Origin: Camelus ferus
Taxonomy: Eukaryota
Assembly: GCF_009834535.1 (NCBI RefSeq)
Contig: NC_045713.1
Coordinates: 21,700,001-21,764,000, forward strand
Length of the DNA stretch: 64,000 nucleotides
Direction: 5' to 3'
Positions 47,475 through 60,086 of the stretch are shown piece by piece; position 1 is the first letter of the stretch; the number at the start of each line of letters is the position of its first letter. Both the position numbers and the translations under genes were made by a program. The notes below the pieces were generated by a model. The model was given only the letters and a program-made list of their open reading frames with translations. It was not told the DNA's origin and did not search any database.

Positions 47475-50400
47475 CGGTCAGTGACTGACTTTGCAAGTAA
47501 CCATGAATGTGCCTGATGTGGGGTTCCGGGGGGACCCAGACCCCCACCCCCATCCCAGCACTGGGCAGACCTTTGCTCAAGGCCTTCAGCAGCAGCCAGG
47601 ACAACCCTTGTGAGCCTAATCTGCCACCCACCCCCTCATGTGGTGAACACCCTGCCACCCTGGTGTGGGGCTGCACTCTGAATTGGCACAAGTTGGGCCA
47701 GTCATATCCCTGGAGGACCCCCAGATCCTCAACAAAAACCGCATCCATCTGGTCTTACCAGGGTGCCTCGCTGAGTGCTTACCCTGGGGCACTCCAAAAT
47801 CTCAGAATGCCATGAGAGGGCTGGTGCCTGGGCCTTCAGCCAGTTTGAGGTCACACATCTGTCCCTTCACCCAGCTGGGCCAGGCCCCTCCTCTCAGCCA
47901 TCCAAGGCAGGCAAGCCCTGTTGTGGCGCTCCTGGGCTGGCCCCACTTGTAATCACAGTGGGATCTCAGCCAGGATGGAGCCAGAGGCAGCCACCCACCC
48001 ACCAGTGGGGCCTCTGCAGAAATGCAGGTGCCAGCCACTGCCCCCTGCACCTCCGTTTCCTCTTCTGTAACTGGAGTACCAGAGGGGCCCATGGAGTAGC
48101 ACCCAAGACAGATGGTTACAGTGATGTGCCTAGCATGACCTTTCTCACTGGACTAGGGTGCAATGGGATTGTATCCCCATTGCTGCCCTCTCAGCCCCTC
48201 ATTTCCTCACTGAGAACTGCCCCACCTCCCCCAACCTCCCTCCTACTGCCCTCACCCTCCACACTCTGCCCTCATCTCCCCTTCCCGACCATCCACCACT
48301 CCCCCCGCCTCTGTCATCAACTTCCCTCACTTCATTCCCTTCCCGGAACTTCTCCACTGTCTGCTCCCTGTTTCTCATCCGCCCCACAAGTTGGGGACTG
48401 TGTTGGCCTTGCTCACTCTGTACTGAGCCCCTCACCTGGAGCACGGTCCTGGCTCACACACACTGCTCAGTGAGTGAGTAGAGAATGAAGGAAGATTCCC
48501 CAAAGGACGGAAGGCCAGGAGCCCTTGTGTAGGCTTCCTGCTTCTCCCCACACCCCCTACACCCCCTCCTCACGCCCCTACACTCCACACCTCCTGGGCG
48601 GTGCTCAGAGGCCGTCATGCCTGCTGCTGCCACATGGGGTCACTGCTGTTCCAGGTCTCTCAGCCCCGTCCACCTGAGCCTGCAGTGACCTTTGGAAGCT
48701 CTGCATCCCATTTCCCTGGACATACCCAGTCGTTTCCCAACTGCTGGCACCTCCCAGAGGATCTGGGCCCACAGGGTCCTGTGGCCAAGCCAGGACCACC
48801 CTGACAGCCCTTCCTTCCACGTATGCCCCCAGGGGTCTCTCCCTGCCCAGTTCAGGCAGGGCTACCCCAAAACATCCCAGAGTGTCCAGGTCTCGTTCCC
48901 TGTCCCCCAGCAGCTAGCCACATGGAGGGGAGACCAGGGGTCCCTTTATATCTCCCTGGGGCATAGGTCCTGAAGTCAAGAGGACATTTCTCTTGCCAGG
49001 ACAGAAAAAATAATTTTTCTTCAGCTAGATAGCATCACCACTGTTCACCCACCCTCAGGTCCCAAGAAGCTGCTGGGGAGGCCAGGGGGCTGAGGACAGC
49101 CTACTACTCCCATCCCCACCCTTTTGGAGCCAGGAGTCCCAGTAGGGCCAGGATTTAGCCTCCACTCTATCCCACCCAATTGAGGGCGGGAGCTCCAGCT
49201 TCTACTTAGTGCCAAGTGGTCTGGGGAGGCACTAGGAGGTCAGCCAGGAGCTGGGGACTTCGGTCAACCCTGACTGCCAGTCTGCCAAGTGGGAACTGTA
49301 GGCTGGGGAGGGATCTGGGGGAGACCAGAGGACAGGTACGACCAGCTGCAGAACACTGACCTGGTTCAGGGCCCATGGGCTGAGCCTGCAAAGCAAGCAG
49401 CAAAACAGAAGATGGGCGGGCTGGACAGGCAGGCAGCTGCAGAGGGAGAGAAAGTGCGATAGAAGGGCAGACAGGCGGCCTGTGGGTCGGGACTGCCTGG
49501 GGGATGTTCCGCATATGTTGCCCCACAGCCTGGCTCCTCCCACTGAAAAGCCCCTCTGAGAGCCCCCAGGGCCAGATCCCGACCTTGCTCCCTACAGGTA
49601 GGCTGCCTGCCCCTCCCACGGTCCACCCAGCGCACCTGCCCCAACAGCTGACTGTGGGGCAGCCACAGATGTCACGCCCCAGGGAACTCGGTGTTGACAG
49701 GACAGTCCAGCTACAGGACTGTCCCACTGTTGCTCACCTTGTATGGCCAGGGGTAAGCTGCTCAGCTCTGTGGGCCTCAGTCTCCTCATCTGCAAAGCGG
49801 GCATTGCACTGTGCTGCTGGTGGGGCCAGATTCCGTGAGAATACTCGGGAGAACTGGGGGCGGGGTGTGGCTCTGTACAGCTCAGCAATCGGTCTGTTGC
49901 TGTGGTTGTTTGCACGGCCTGAGCCTGCCCTGGGGGCCAAGTCCGAATGGGACAGCCAGTATCTGGCCTCCTGCACTCGCTAGCCTATGAGGAGCCTCCT
50001 CCACCCCGGCCTGGGCCCTGGGGTGGGTAGAGACCCCACCACTAAGTGATACCTCCTCCCCACAGACCCCTTAGCATCCAGAGCCCCAGCAGGCCCTTAG
50101 CTAAAACCTGCTCCCATTCGAGTGCTCAGGGCTTGGGTGGAGCTGATGGCCCACCTCAGGGATTCAGTGCTGGGACCCAGGGTGAGCTTGCCCCTGCTGG
50201 TGGACCTGGCCCCAACCCTGCCCCCTGGGACTCTGGGACTCTGGGGGTCACGGGCCTCACTGCCCCTCGCCCTGCCAGATGGAACCGTGCTGTGGGGGCT
50301 CAAGGTTCCAGAGCCTCCTGGCCCCACTAAGCAGGGGCAGATGTGGTGAAAGCTGAGGTCAAGGGCCATCCTGGGGCACCTGGCTCCCCATCCACCTCAG

Positions 50401-52131
50401 CTGGCAGGGAAACATCTGTGGGCACCTTCATCCTCAGCCGTCCTGCATCCCCACCTCCTGCTTTACCTTCGAGACCTGCCCAATGGAGCCAGCCCCATCC
50501 TGGGCCCCAGCAGGCTGCACACCAGGGCGTGTGTGGCCGGCATGGCTGTGCACCATCAAGGTTGCCTGCACACTCTCCCCACCCAGATGTACACACATGG
50601 CCAGCTCTGTGACAGCACCAACAGAACGGAAACACACCACACCTGTCACTCAACCCAGGCAGCACAGAGGGTCCACGCATGCCTGACATCCCTGCAGGGG
50701 ACATACGTGCACCACATATGCATGCAGATGTGTGTGCTCCTGGGTGCACACGGACGTGCACATGTACTCACACAGATGCTAGCACACACATCAAGTGCAG
50801 GTGTGCTCATGTACAAACACACACATGAACCTCGAGGCAAGGACACTGCTGGGCTGGGGCCCCACCAGTGGCGAGGGGTGTGCGCTGGGCAGCTGCCAAC
50901 CGTGAGCTCAACCTCTCACTCTCGCAGGGCTGCAGAGCAAGTGCCCGCTGTGCCTGGGGCCCCGAGGGGCAGACATGGCAGCGTCACCTGGCATAGCCCT
51001 GGCCCCTCCCCTACACGTCTGCCTGGCGGGCATCGCTGCAGAAGTGGGTGGCCAGCTGGGCAGGGTGCTGAGTGAGGCATGGAAGTGAGCAGGGACCCTG
51101 GTGCCACTACCCTGCACCATCCCTGTACCCCAAGGCTCAGTTGCAGGGGCTGACTCACTGGGTGGACTGGGACTGCTGGTGTCTGGAGCACCTGGTCTAC
51201 AAGATCGCTGCTTCTGACAGCTGCCGCCTGGCCCTGGAGCAGCCTCCCTCTAGGACAGACGGAATTCTTCATGCTCAGGTGAGAGGCAGGGGCAAGCGGG
51301 AATCACCACCAGCTGGACGCACGGGGCCTCAGCTGGAAGTCTGGCCTCTGTGCGGCCCTGGGCAGGTAGCTGAGTCCCTCTGAGCCGCTGTCTTGTGGGG
51401 CAGTAACACCTCTCTGTGTTCCTCCTGGGCCATGCAGAGTCCAGAGGCCCACGGGTGTCCGAAGTCGACAGCCCGTGCAAGGCTGTGGCCCAGGAGCCAG
51501 CAACGTGGCCTGGGCTCCCCGGCCCACCCACCTTCCCCAGGCCTCACAACTGTCATCTCCACTTTGGTCAGGGCAGCCAGCGGGCTGCAGCGTGGGTGGT
51601 GCCCGGGGTCAGGTCTCACTGGGCACCTGAGGCCCTGAGAGGGAAAGGGGGCTGCCTAGGCCGCCAGATGTGGGTCTGAAGCCAAGGCTGCACCAAAATA
51701 GGTTGGGGGCCACCAGGCCTCTCACCCCTGATGCTACAGGGACTCACTGGGACTACCACCCACCCAACCCCTAGAGCTGTTAAGATATCAGTTCATTGGA
51801 GACACGGCAGCCCAGCCCGTGGGTCCCCTGAGTCCTGACCCACAATGACAAAGGCCCCAGGGTTGGGCTTGGCTCCCCATCTGCCACTCCTTTTTATTCC
51901 AAAGACAAATTGTTTGTGGGTTGTACCCTCCCCCAAGACAGAGAGACATGGTTGCAGCCCAAAGTTCGAGGCCCTTCACAGTGCCTATCCTGTGTGACCC
52001 TGGATGGTGACCTACCCTCTGTGCCCTGCCCGGGCCTCACTACCTCCTGTCTCCTCTCCAGCTTGTCCTGGACTGGCTGCCTGTGACCCTGGTGCCTTCC
52101 TGCAAGGAAAACCATTGCGCGCCGCACAGCC

Positions 52132-55100
52132 ATGGGCCCCAGAGCAGGTGAAATGACCCTCCCTCCCCATCTCGGGAAGCAGCTCCCCAGTGGGACAGGA
52201 CCACCCTCTTTCCTCTAGTCTGCTCTTGGGGGTCCTGCCCCAGGGCTCCCCCACTGGGCGTTAGGGAAGGGAATTGAGACGGCACAGATGGGGCACTGGG
52301 CCTGGGGGTCCTGGCGGGGACAAGGCATGGATGAGGGGGACCATGGCTAGAAGGGACGGAGCTACCGAGGGGCTCAGGAGAAGATGGTAGCTGACCCCAT
52401 CCCTCTGCTTGGGGATCTTGGGGCTCAGACTGTGAGGACAGAGGGTGGAGGGAGGGGTGGAGGCAGGAGTTTACACACATGTACACCTGCCAGGGGCACA
52501 CACAGGGGTCCACACCATCCACACGTGGATGTGCCATTATAGACGTGGCATTGGTAGGCATGTATACAGGCCACAACATACATGTGCACAAGCTTCTATA
52601 GTCACATGCCACCTGCTGCACATGCCGACACATCATCACACGGGTGTGTACACAATCATACCACCAGACACACAGGCGTGCTGTGTGGGCATGCATGCCA
52701 CCACACACATACAACCCACCACATATGTGTGTTCATCACCACATACCATTAGGGGCACACGCGTACAATGTCAAAGACAGTCATCTATACAGTTAGACAC
52801 GCTGTCACACACATGTTCACCTGATCAGAAGCACACCCAGGCACATGTGCTCAGGCTCAGGCTGGCATAGACAGGTGACCAGCACCATTGTGGCAGACAC
52901 AGAGGCCCTGGGCAGACCCACACTGGATGCTCCCACACGTGCTCACAGCTTGTTCTGTTCCAGGTGCCCTGGTGAGCCCAGGCCTTGCCCTCCTGGTGTC
53001 ACTCACTGCCCACTGCTCTCCTCCCAACACCAAGGGTGCCTCCCAGGGAGGGCTGGATGCCAGCAGGGCCAACCTGTGGGCCAGGTGAGTGCAAGTTCTA
53101 AGTCGACAATCACATTTCCTGCAGCAGATTCCCTGGCAGGCCTGGGTAGGGGACAAGGAAGGACCATCTCCAGGGTCTGCGTGTGATGGCCCAGGCATGG
53201 CTGGGGCAGGGCTCTGACTCCCGGCTCCAACATGGGGGCCTGGCCCTGCCTGCCTAGGTAACTCACCAGAGATGGTTCAGGGAGGCTGGTATCCTGCACA
53301 GAGTCATGCCCACATGGCTGGCACTACTCTCCTTGGCCTGGCAGGCAATCACTTCTTGTCCTGAGGCCTTTCAGCGTCCCTTTCCCCCTCAAGCTTTGCT
53401 TCCCTCTCAGGCTCCAAACTGGGACTCTCTCCAGGGTTCTCATGCAGGGGGGTTGGAAGTTACTCATCTGCTGTGAATCAGTTGACCACTCTTCTGACTG
53501 ATCAGGCAGAGCTGGAGGCCAAGTTGGACCAGCTGAGACATGACCCCCTCCCCGTGCATGAATTGTATTAGATTCACATCATGAGGAAGGCCTGGCTGTG
53601 GGTGCCTGGCAGGTGCTCTCCAAACTCTCAGCCATCGCTGGGACCATGGAGCCCTAAACTCTGGAACCAGGCCTCAGATGAAGCGCAAACTCAGAGTCTG
53701 GACACTCTGGACTCAGGGGCCACTTTTAATCCCGCCCATGGCTTGGTGCCTGGCACCAACCAGGTACTGTCAGAGGAATGAGTGTGTGCACATGCGTGTC
53801 TGTGAAACTAGAGCCTGGCCGTCTGCAGTTCCTGTCTCACTCCCCAGTGTTGAAGAGTGATCTCCATTCTGCATGCTGCAGCCTGGAGGCCCCCAGCCTC
53901 TGCCCCTCACTGTCTGCCTCCTTTCTGCCCAGTGCCAACACCTCCCTCCTGCAAGGCTTCTGGTGCCAGCCGGCCAGCCAGCTGTCCCGGGACCAGCTTG
54001 CAGCTTTGATCAGGAGGATGGCATTGCAGCAGGTCCCCCTCAGAGCCTGGCAGGTCAGCAGCGGCACTTGCAGTGAGCACCTGGGTGTCGAGGGCAAGGG
54101 CAGACTCCCTGGAGAAGCGCCCCGGGGACAGGCAGGAGGGGAGGCATCCTTAGCAGAGGACCCAGGCCAGGACCTCAGGGCCGGGACATAGAGCAGCTCT
54201 CCTGGAGCACAGGGACCCCGCACTAGAGAACTGCATCCATTGTTTGTAGGCCAACCTGCCAATTTCACAGCCACCTAAGATGCACCTCTCAGGTCACCTG
54301 ATGGGACATGAAGTTGGCCTCTGAGGTCAGCATCTCCTTCCCTTGAGTGATTTTCCAGCACGGCCCACTTTGGGCCATTGCCAGGATTTCTCAGCCAATT
54401 GCCCACAGACTCCTGCCTCTTGCTCTGGGTTTGATGAGGGCTTGCCCACCTGGCCTCCATCTGGCACCTGGGGCAAGTTGTCCGGACTCCCAGGGGGATA
54501 TTCCAGCCTGCTAGCCTCTCCCCTACCTGGGCCACGAGAAGGGCCAGTTGAGCCCACCGGGACCTACAGCTGACACAAAGTCACCAGCCCCTGAGTTTAA
54601 AAAAAGAAAGGAAGAAAAGCTATCATTTTGTCTTGTTATAAAATTAATATAAAACTAGTAATAAATTTGAAACAACCCCAGAGTAGGCCAAGTGAGTGGG
54701 ACAAGAAGCCCAGGCGGGGTTGGCAGCGGATAAGTGGACTCCAGGAACCACTGTGGTGCCGTGGGGGCTGGGGTGGGCAGGAGCCTGATGCCGGAAGTTG
54801 GGGGCTCTCAGGCTAGGTTTGACCCATTCTGAGGCCTGTTCTGACATGGAGGTTGAGGCAAGAAGAGGAAGACATGGAGTCCAGTAACAGAGAGCCGGCA
54901 GGTGGAAAGAAGGGACAGGTGGACTTGGGGTGAGGGTGGAGAGGTGGGTGAGGGGCTTGGCCCAAGGAGGGCCCCACACTGAGGGAAGGGTGACAGGCAG
55001 AGAGGAAGGGGCTGGGTAGGCCCCAGGTGGGACGAGGGCATGACACACTGCCTGCCCTGCCCAGCTCAGCTGCCTGGCCAACCTGGCCGCCCAGCAAGGC

Positions 55101-58100
55101 CTCCAGCGTGACTTTGAGCTCCACCCGCCGGACCTGCTGCTCTTCTATGAGTGAGTGCCCCTCCCCGCCCAGCATCTGGCTGCCTGGGCTGAGCATGCTC
55201 CCAGGGGCACCTCAGTCACTTGGAGGCCCCCCAGCTGGCCCTGCCCTCCTGACAGCCCCTTACCTTCCCACAGCCTGACACAGGTGAGAGAAGCCAACTG
55301 CCGGGCCTTCATCCACCGTGCCGCCCAGGGAGACACAGAACTGCTGGCCAACCTGCCTGACCAGAGGGCCGCCCTGCAGCACAGGGCCCTGGCCTGCCTG
55401 GTAGGCGCTGTGGGCTGGCTGGGCCAGGACAGGATGGGTGATGGGCAGTGGGACCAAGCTCATGCTGACCTGCTATCCTGCAGGGAGGGCCCCGTCCACG
55501 GCTCAGTGCCTCTGACCTGCTGCTCCTCGGGGTCCTGGTGTGTGACATGGACGCATCAAGCATCATGGCCGCAGACCCCTGTGTGCTGCAGAACCTGCTG
55601 CGCTGCCCTCGGCTGACAGCCACCCAGCAGTTCGCCCTCAACAAGCTGCTGGCCAGTGGCAGGACCAAGCTCGGGTGGGTGGGGGCCTGTCCCTTCTGCC
55701 CAGGCCTCCCTTCCTTGAGATGAGAGAGGAGGCGGCCTGGAGACTGGTGTCCACAGCCCCACTGACCTCCAGCCTCTGACCCAGCTCACATCCCACCCTG
55801 ACCCTGCAGCCTACGGTGTATGGGTTTGGGGTGCTGTCCCCACCTGCTGGGCCCCGCAGTCCCCCTCCCCAGAGGCCTGGGATGGGAGAATCTCTGCTGG
55901 GCAGGCCCTGGGAGCTGTACTCAGACCTGATACAGAGCCCCCCTTTGCACGTCAGGCCCCCTGGCTCCTGGAACCTGGAGGGGCTGCAGGCTCTGGGACC
56001 TCTGGCCACCTATATCAGCCCTGGCCTGTGGATGCAGGTGCAGGAGGTAGGGCAGCGCCTCGGGGCAGGGTAGGGGCTCCAGCCGACCTTCCATCAGCCC
56101 GTCTAAGCCTGCGGGTCGGCTGTACAGACATTCTGATGCCCAAGTCGTGTCCCTGGTCACTCTCCATCACAGAGTTTCTGTCTGAGGAGAGGGAGGAGGG
56201 GACGGGTGGCTCTGGTGGCCCTCCCTAGGGTGTGGGTTCTCCAGGCCCGTCCCTCCAGGCCGTGGGCCTGGACTTCTTCGGCAGCATGGTGGCCATGTGC
56301 CGGGAGGGGCAGCTCAGCCAGCGTGATGCCAGGCGCTTTGTCACCTGCTTCCTTGAGGCCAAGGCCAAGTTGGTTTCCTCACGGTTCAAGAGGGACACAG
56401 GTCAGTGTGGCCACCATGTTTGGGGACACTGCATCTCCCCCTGCTCAGGGTCCTCATCCAGGAGTGGGGGCACCAGAGACATGGCAACCCACACTGAACC
56501 CCCTGAGCTTGGCCTAGGGGTCTTCATCCAGCCTCAGCAGAGTGGTCAGAGTCTGGTGGGGCAGGACTGGGAGTTGAGGTCAAGGTCAGGGTTGACTCAG
56601 TCTGGTCTGGGCCAAGTATTTGGCTAGGGGGTCAAGTTTGACGAGAGTCATGGGTGGGTCATGGTTAGGAGTGAAGTGGGGCCCAAAATCAGCAGCAGTT
56701 GTCAGCTCAGGCCGAGGCTGACCAGCTCGGTCCTCAACACCAGCACCCCACGCAGCCACAGGGAGAACCTGCATCCGCGGCGACATCACTGCAGCCACAC
56801 TGCAGGACAACCTCTTCCTGGTGCGCTACGACTGCTCACAGCTCGAGTCCTGCCTGGGCAACCACGTGCTCAGGGCCAACCTGGACCCCCTGCTGCAGCA
56901 CCCGCTGCCTGCCGAGTGCCAGCAAGTCGTCAAGACCAAGTTGGCTCGGGTGCGCTGGGGACCAGTGGTGGGAGGTGAGTTGGGGGCCAGCGGTGTGGCC
57001 TGACCCCCGCCCACCACTCGTTGCAGGTCTACCCGGGCGGCATCCCTGAGGAGCAGCTGCGGCTCATCCCCTCGCTGGTCTACCTCTACTCCTGTGGGGA
57101 GATCGGCCGGTGGCACATCACATCCAGGGACACAGTTGTGGCCCTGCTGGCCCCAGATGGGGCCCTGGAGAACCAGACGGAGGTGAGGGCAGTGGGGGCT
57201 CTAGGAGGCTCCACTGACTCCAGCCTTGCTGACCCCAACCCTACCCACAGGCCATCCTGCAGAAGTTCCTGGACCACAACGGCACTGTCACTGGCGCCCT
57301 GCTTGTGGCCATCGGGGGCTCCCGCCTCTGCTGGATGAGCTCCCAGCAGATCCAGGCCATCCAGCCCTCAGAGTTCCGGTAAGCCCATCCAGCAACTCAC
57401 CCTCCACAACTCTGAGCCAACTCCACTCTTTAGCCAAGGAAGGTTGGGGGACACTGAGGCTCAGGTTGGGGCCCAGGCCAGGCCATCAGAGGTAGACTCA
57501 TTTCTTTTGGCCACCATAACAAGGGGAGTGGCTACAAACAGCAGAGATGTATCCTTTCACAGTCTGGAGGCCAGAAGTCTGAAATTATGGTGTCGCAGGC
57601 CCACCTCCTTCTGAAACCTGTAGGGGATGGTCCTTCCTACCTCTTCCAGCTTCTGGTGCTGCATCACCCCCATCTCTACCTCCATCATCACATAACCATC
57701 TTCCCCATGTCTGTGTCCAAATTTCTTCTTATGACCAGTGGTTAGATTTAGGGCTCACCCGAAATCAGCATGACCTCATCTCAATTTGATTATATCTACA
57801 CATAGGAAAGACCCTATTTCCAAATAAGGTCACATTCTGAGGTTTTGGGTGGATGTGAATTTGGGGGAGACACTAGTCAGCCCAGTGCCAAGGTGAAGAG
57901 GAAAGCTGTGGTTCAGGGAGAGAGGGCCAGGCCCCATGTCCAGAGGATGAGGGGCTGCTGGCCTGCCCTCAGCCCCACACCCTCCCCCAGGCTGGCCGGC
58001 ACCCTGGATATCTCCTCCTGCCCTCAGAGCCAGAAGAACGTGCTCTACGCCAAGGCCCGAGAGGCCTTCAGCAGTGCCAGGACAGTGGCTGCCTACTACC

Positions 58101-59537
58101 GCCTCATGCGCCCCTACCTCGGTGAGACCCCGCCCTGTGTGCAACACCCCTCCTCTGGAGCCCTGCCCTCCTGCAGAGCCCTCACCACTGCCCTACCCCC
58201 AGGCGGTGCCCCGGTGGAGGAGCTGCGGCACCTGGCCCAGGCTAACGTCTCCATGGACATTGACACCTTTACCAACCTGAACCCCCGTGTGCTTCAGGTG
58301 GGCCCAGGGGCTGCCCATCAGGTGTGGGGCAGGGCTGGCCGAGCTGGGGAGCCCTAGGTCACGTCTGCAGGCCCCAATACCCCCAAATTGGAGGTGTACA
58401 GATAGTGTGGGCCCCAGGTCACTTCTCCAGGCTGGTTCTGCCAGGTCTCACCCCTGGATTGGCTAAACATTGATCCATGTCCCTCGTTCTATGGCCCCCT
58501 GGCTTCCCTTGCAGAGCCTGAGTGTGGGCAATGTGACCACACTGCTAGGCCAGAATGTAGGGGACCTGCAGAAGGCTCGCAGCCACCCGACCATCAGCTC
58601 CTGGCTCCGCAGCCTCAACCAGTCAGCCCTGGGTGAGCTGGGCCTGGACACGGACCCTACTGGCCCCACTGGCCCAGCCCACTCAACCACTGGGACCCCC
58701 AGCACCACACCCTGGATGCCCCAGCTAGCCCCCACCTCAGACCAGCCTGGGAGTGATGCCCCCAGCTCAGGTACAACTGCACCCACCCTCCCCCTCAGCA
58801 GGACATCCCCCCTCTGCCCTCTGTGCCCTGGGCCCTCTGCAGACCCCTGACTGCTACTAGCTTCTCGTCTTCACCCAATCTCATTCTCTGCTGGCCAACT
58901 CTTTCCATCTGCCTCCTCGGATGACATCTGGGTGACACTGGCTTTCCCCTGCATCACCTGCCGAGTTAGTGAAGGACACAATTGTCTCCCCCAAATCCAC
59001 AGAGCTGCAGAAGGTGGAGGGTAGGGAAGCTATGAGGTCCCTGTCTGGGCCCAAAAGAGTGGCTGTGCATGGGGGTCTTCATTGCTCTTCCCACCCACAG
59101 GGACGGTGTGAGCCTCCAGCTTAGGGCAGGGGCTGTCCAGGCCTCGGAGGCTGTGGGACAGCCTTGAGTGGGAACGGGGGGCACCCAGCAAGACTGAAGG
59201 GTGCTCCCTCCTTGTTCCACCTACAGGCAGCCCTCCAGCCCACCTTGGGTACCTGCTACTTGCCATAGCCCTGCCCTCAGGCCTCCTGTGGCTGCTGTAT
59301 TGGGGCACCCTGGAGCCTAGCTGGGACCACTCATGGGGCATCTGCACCATAGCTTCTGAAGGCAGCGCTGCCCCAGCACCACATGCAGGAAAACTGGGGC
59401 TATTAAGTGGAGCTGGACGACTACTCAGGCCAAGATACAGGCACCAGGCCCAGGGGACCTGGCCACGCCCCATGTCCTGGGGCCTACAGGGCCGGTCCCT
59501 GCCCACACCCAGCTCCCAGGACCTGGAGCCAGACTGA
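52132..59537 (+). CDS. MSLNL: Mesothelin-like protein, intact, 719 aa, 15 coding exons
   Basis: Exons: 52132-52147, 52964-53084, 53933-54053, 55065-55150, 55274-55400, 55484-55674, 55956-56046, 56259-56400, 56762-56949, 57027-57182, 57251-57378, 57991-58121, 58203-58297, 58515-58770, 59227-59537 (2160 nt, all GT-AG, no stops). Signal peptide MGPRAGALVSPGLALLVSLTAHCS; motifs LLQGFWCQPASQL, LVCDMDAS, GGAPVEELRHLAQANVSMDIDTF. The 16-nt first coding exon is the least certain part. Confidence 0.9.
57500..57880 (-). mobile_element. MLT1 (MaLR) solo LTR in MSLNL intron
   Basis: CACAGTCTGGAGGCCAGAAGTCTGAAAT; AAGACCCTATTTCCAAATAAGGTCACATTCTGAGG. Confidence 0.85.
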
Positions 59538-59653
59538 GGACCTGAGCCCAGGGTCACTTCCCCAGCCAGTGAGGGAGACGCTGCCCTGCCCTCTGGCCTC
59601 TTCCAGATGAAGAACAGGGGTTGGCAAAGGGGCTGATTTTGCTGATGGATTTG

Positions 59654-59659
59654 AATAAA
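59654..59659 (+). terminator. MSLNL poly(A) signal
   Basis: AATAAA 117 nt after the stop. Confidence 0.7.
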
Positions 59660-59989
59660 GGACGAGGGGATCTTCCTGCCTGTGTTCCCTTGCTCTGGGC
59701 CTAAGGAGGGCACAGAGACCCTCTTAGCTGGGGTCAGGACTCCCAGAGAGTCCCCTGGGGTGACAGTGTCACTAGAAGCCACACTGAGTGTTGGCCTGGC
59801 CTCAGGGGAAACAGCAGCAGGAAAGTCCCAAGAGCCCTCCTGCCTGGAGTCCCTCCTCTTTCCAGGTGCAAACAGGAGGGGGCTGCAACCCAGGGAACCA
59901 TGCCTTATGGGGTCACAGCCGTCGGGGGCCCTCCCACCCAGTCCTCAAAACACCAGGGGGCACCACTGCGAGGGGGGTATGGGTCTTCT

Positions 59990-59995
59990 TTTATT
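59990..59995 (-). terminator. MSLN poly(A) signal
   Basis: TTTATT on + (AATAAA on -), ~90 nt after the stop. Confidence 0.75.
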
Positions 59996-60086
59996 GTGCT
60001 TCGGTGCCCTCAGGTCGGACAGGGACCACCCAGGCCTGCTCCCAGCCAGGCAGGGCCTCCACAGCAGGGCCTCCAGAGCAATGGGC

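Noticed and set aside
51072-51280. Extra upstream coding exon of MSLNL
   Set aside because: It has a good donor (CAG|GTGAGA) but no family similarity, and the ATG at 52132 already gives a signal peptide. At most a 5' UTR exon.
52114-52134. Near-cognate ATT start six codons upstream of the MSLNL ATG
   Set aside because: In frame and in a Kozak-like context, but nothing supports its use and it is not needed for the signal peptide.
52470-52850. CRISPR-like or structured array in the CA-rich tracts (also 50640-50830, 18290-18350, 5740-5800)
   Set aside because: Ordinary (CA/TG)-derived low-complexity sequence with no fixed repeat-spacer pattern; eukaryotic context.
58525-58622. Orthologue of human MIR662 (antisense to this MSLNL exon)
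   Set aside because: Compared with the human mature sequence as I recall it, this copy differs at several positions, mostly third codon positions of MSLNL. That pattern reflects coding constraint rather than miRNA constraint.
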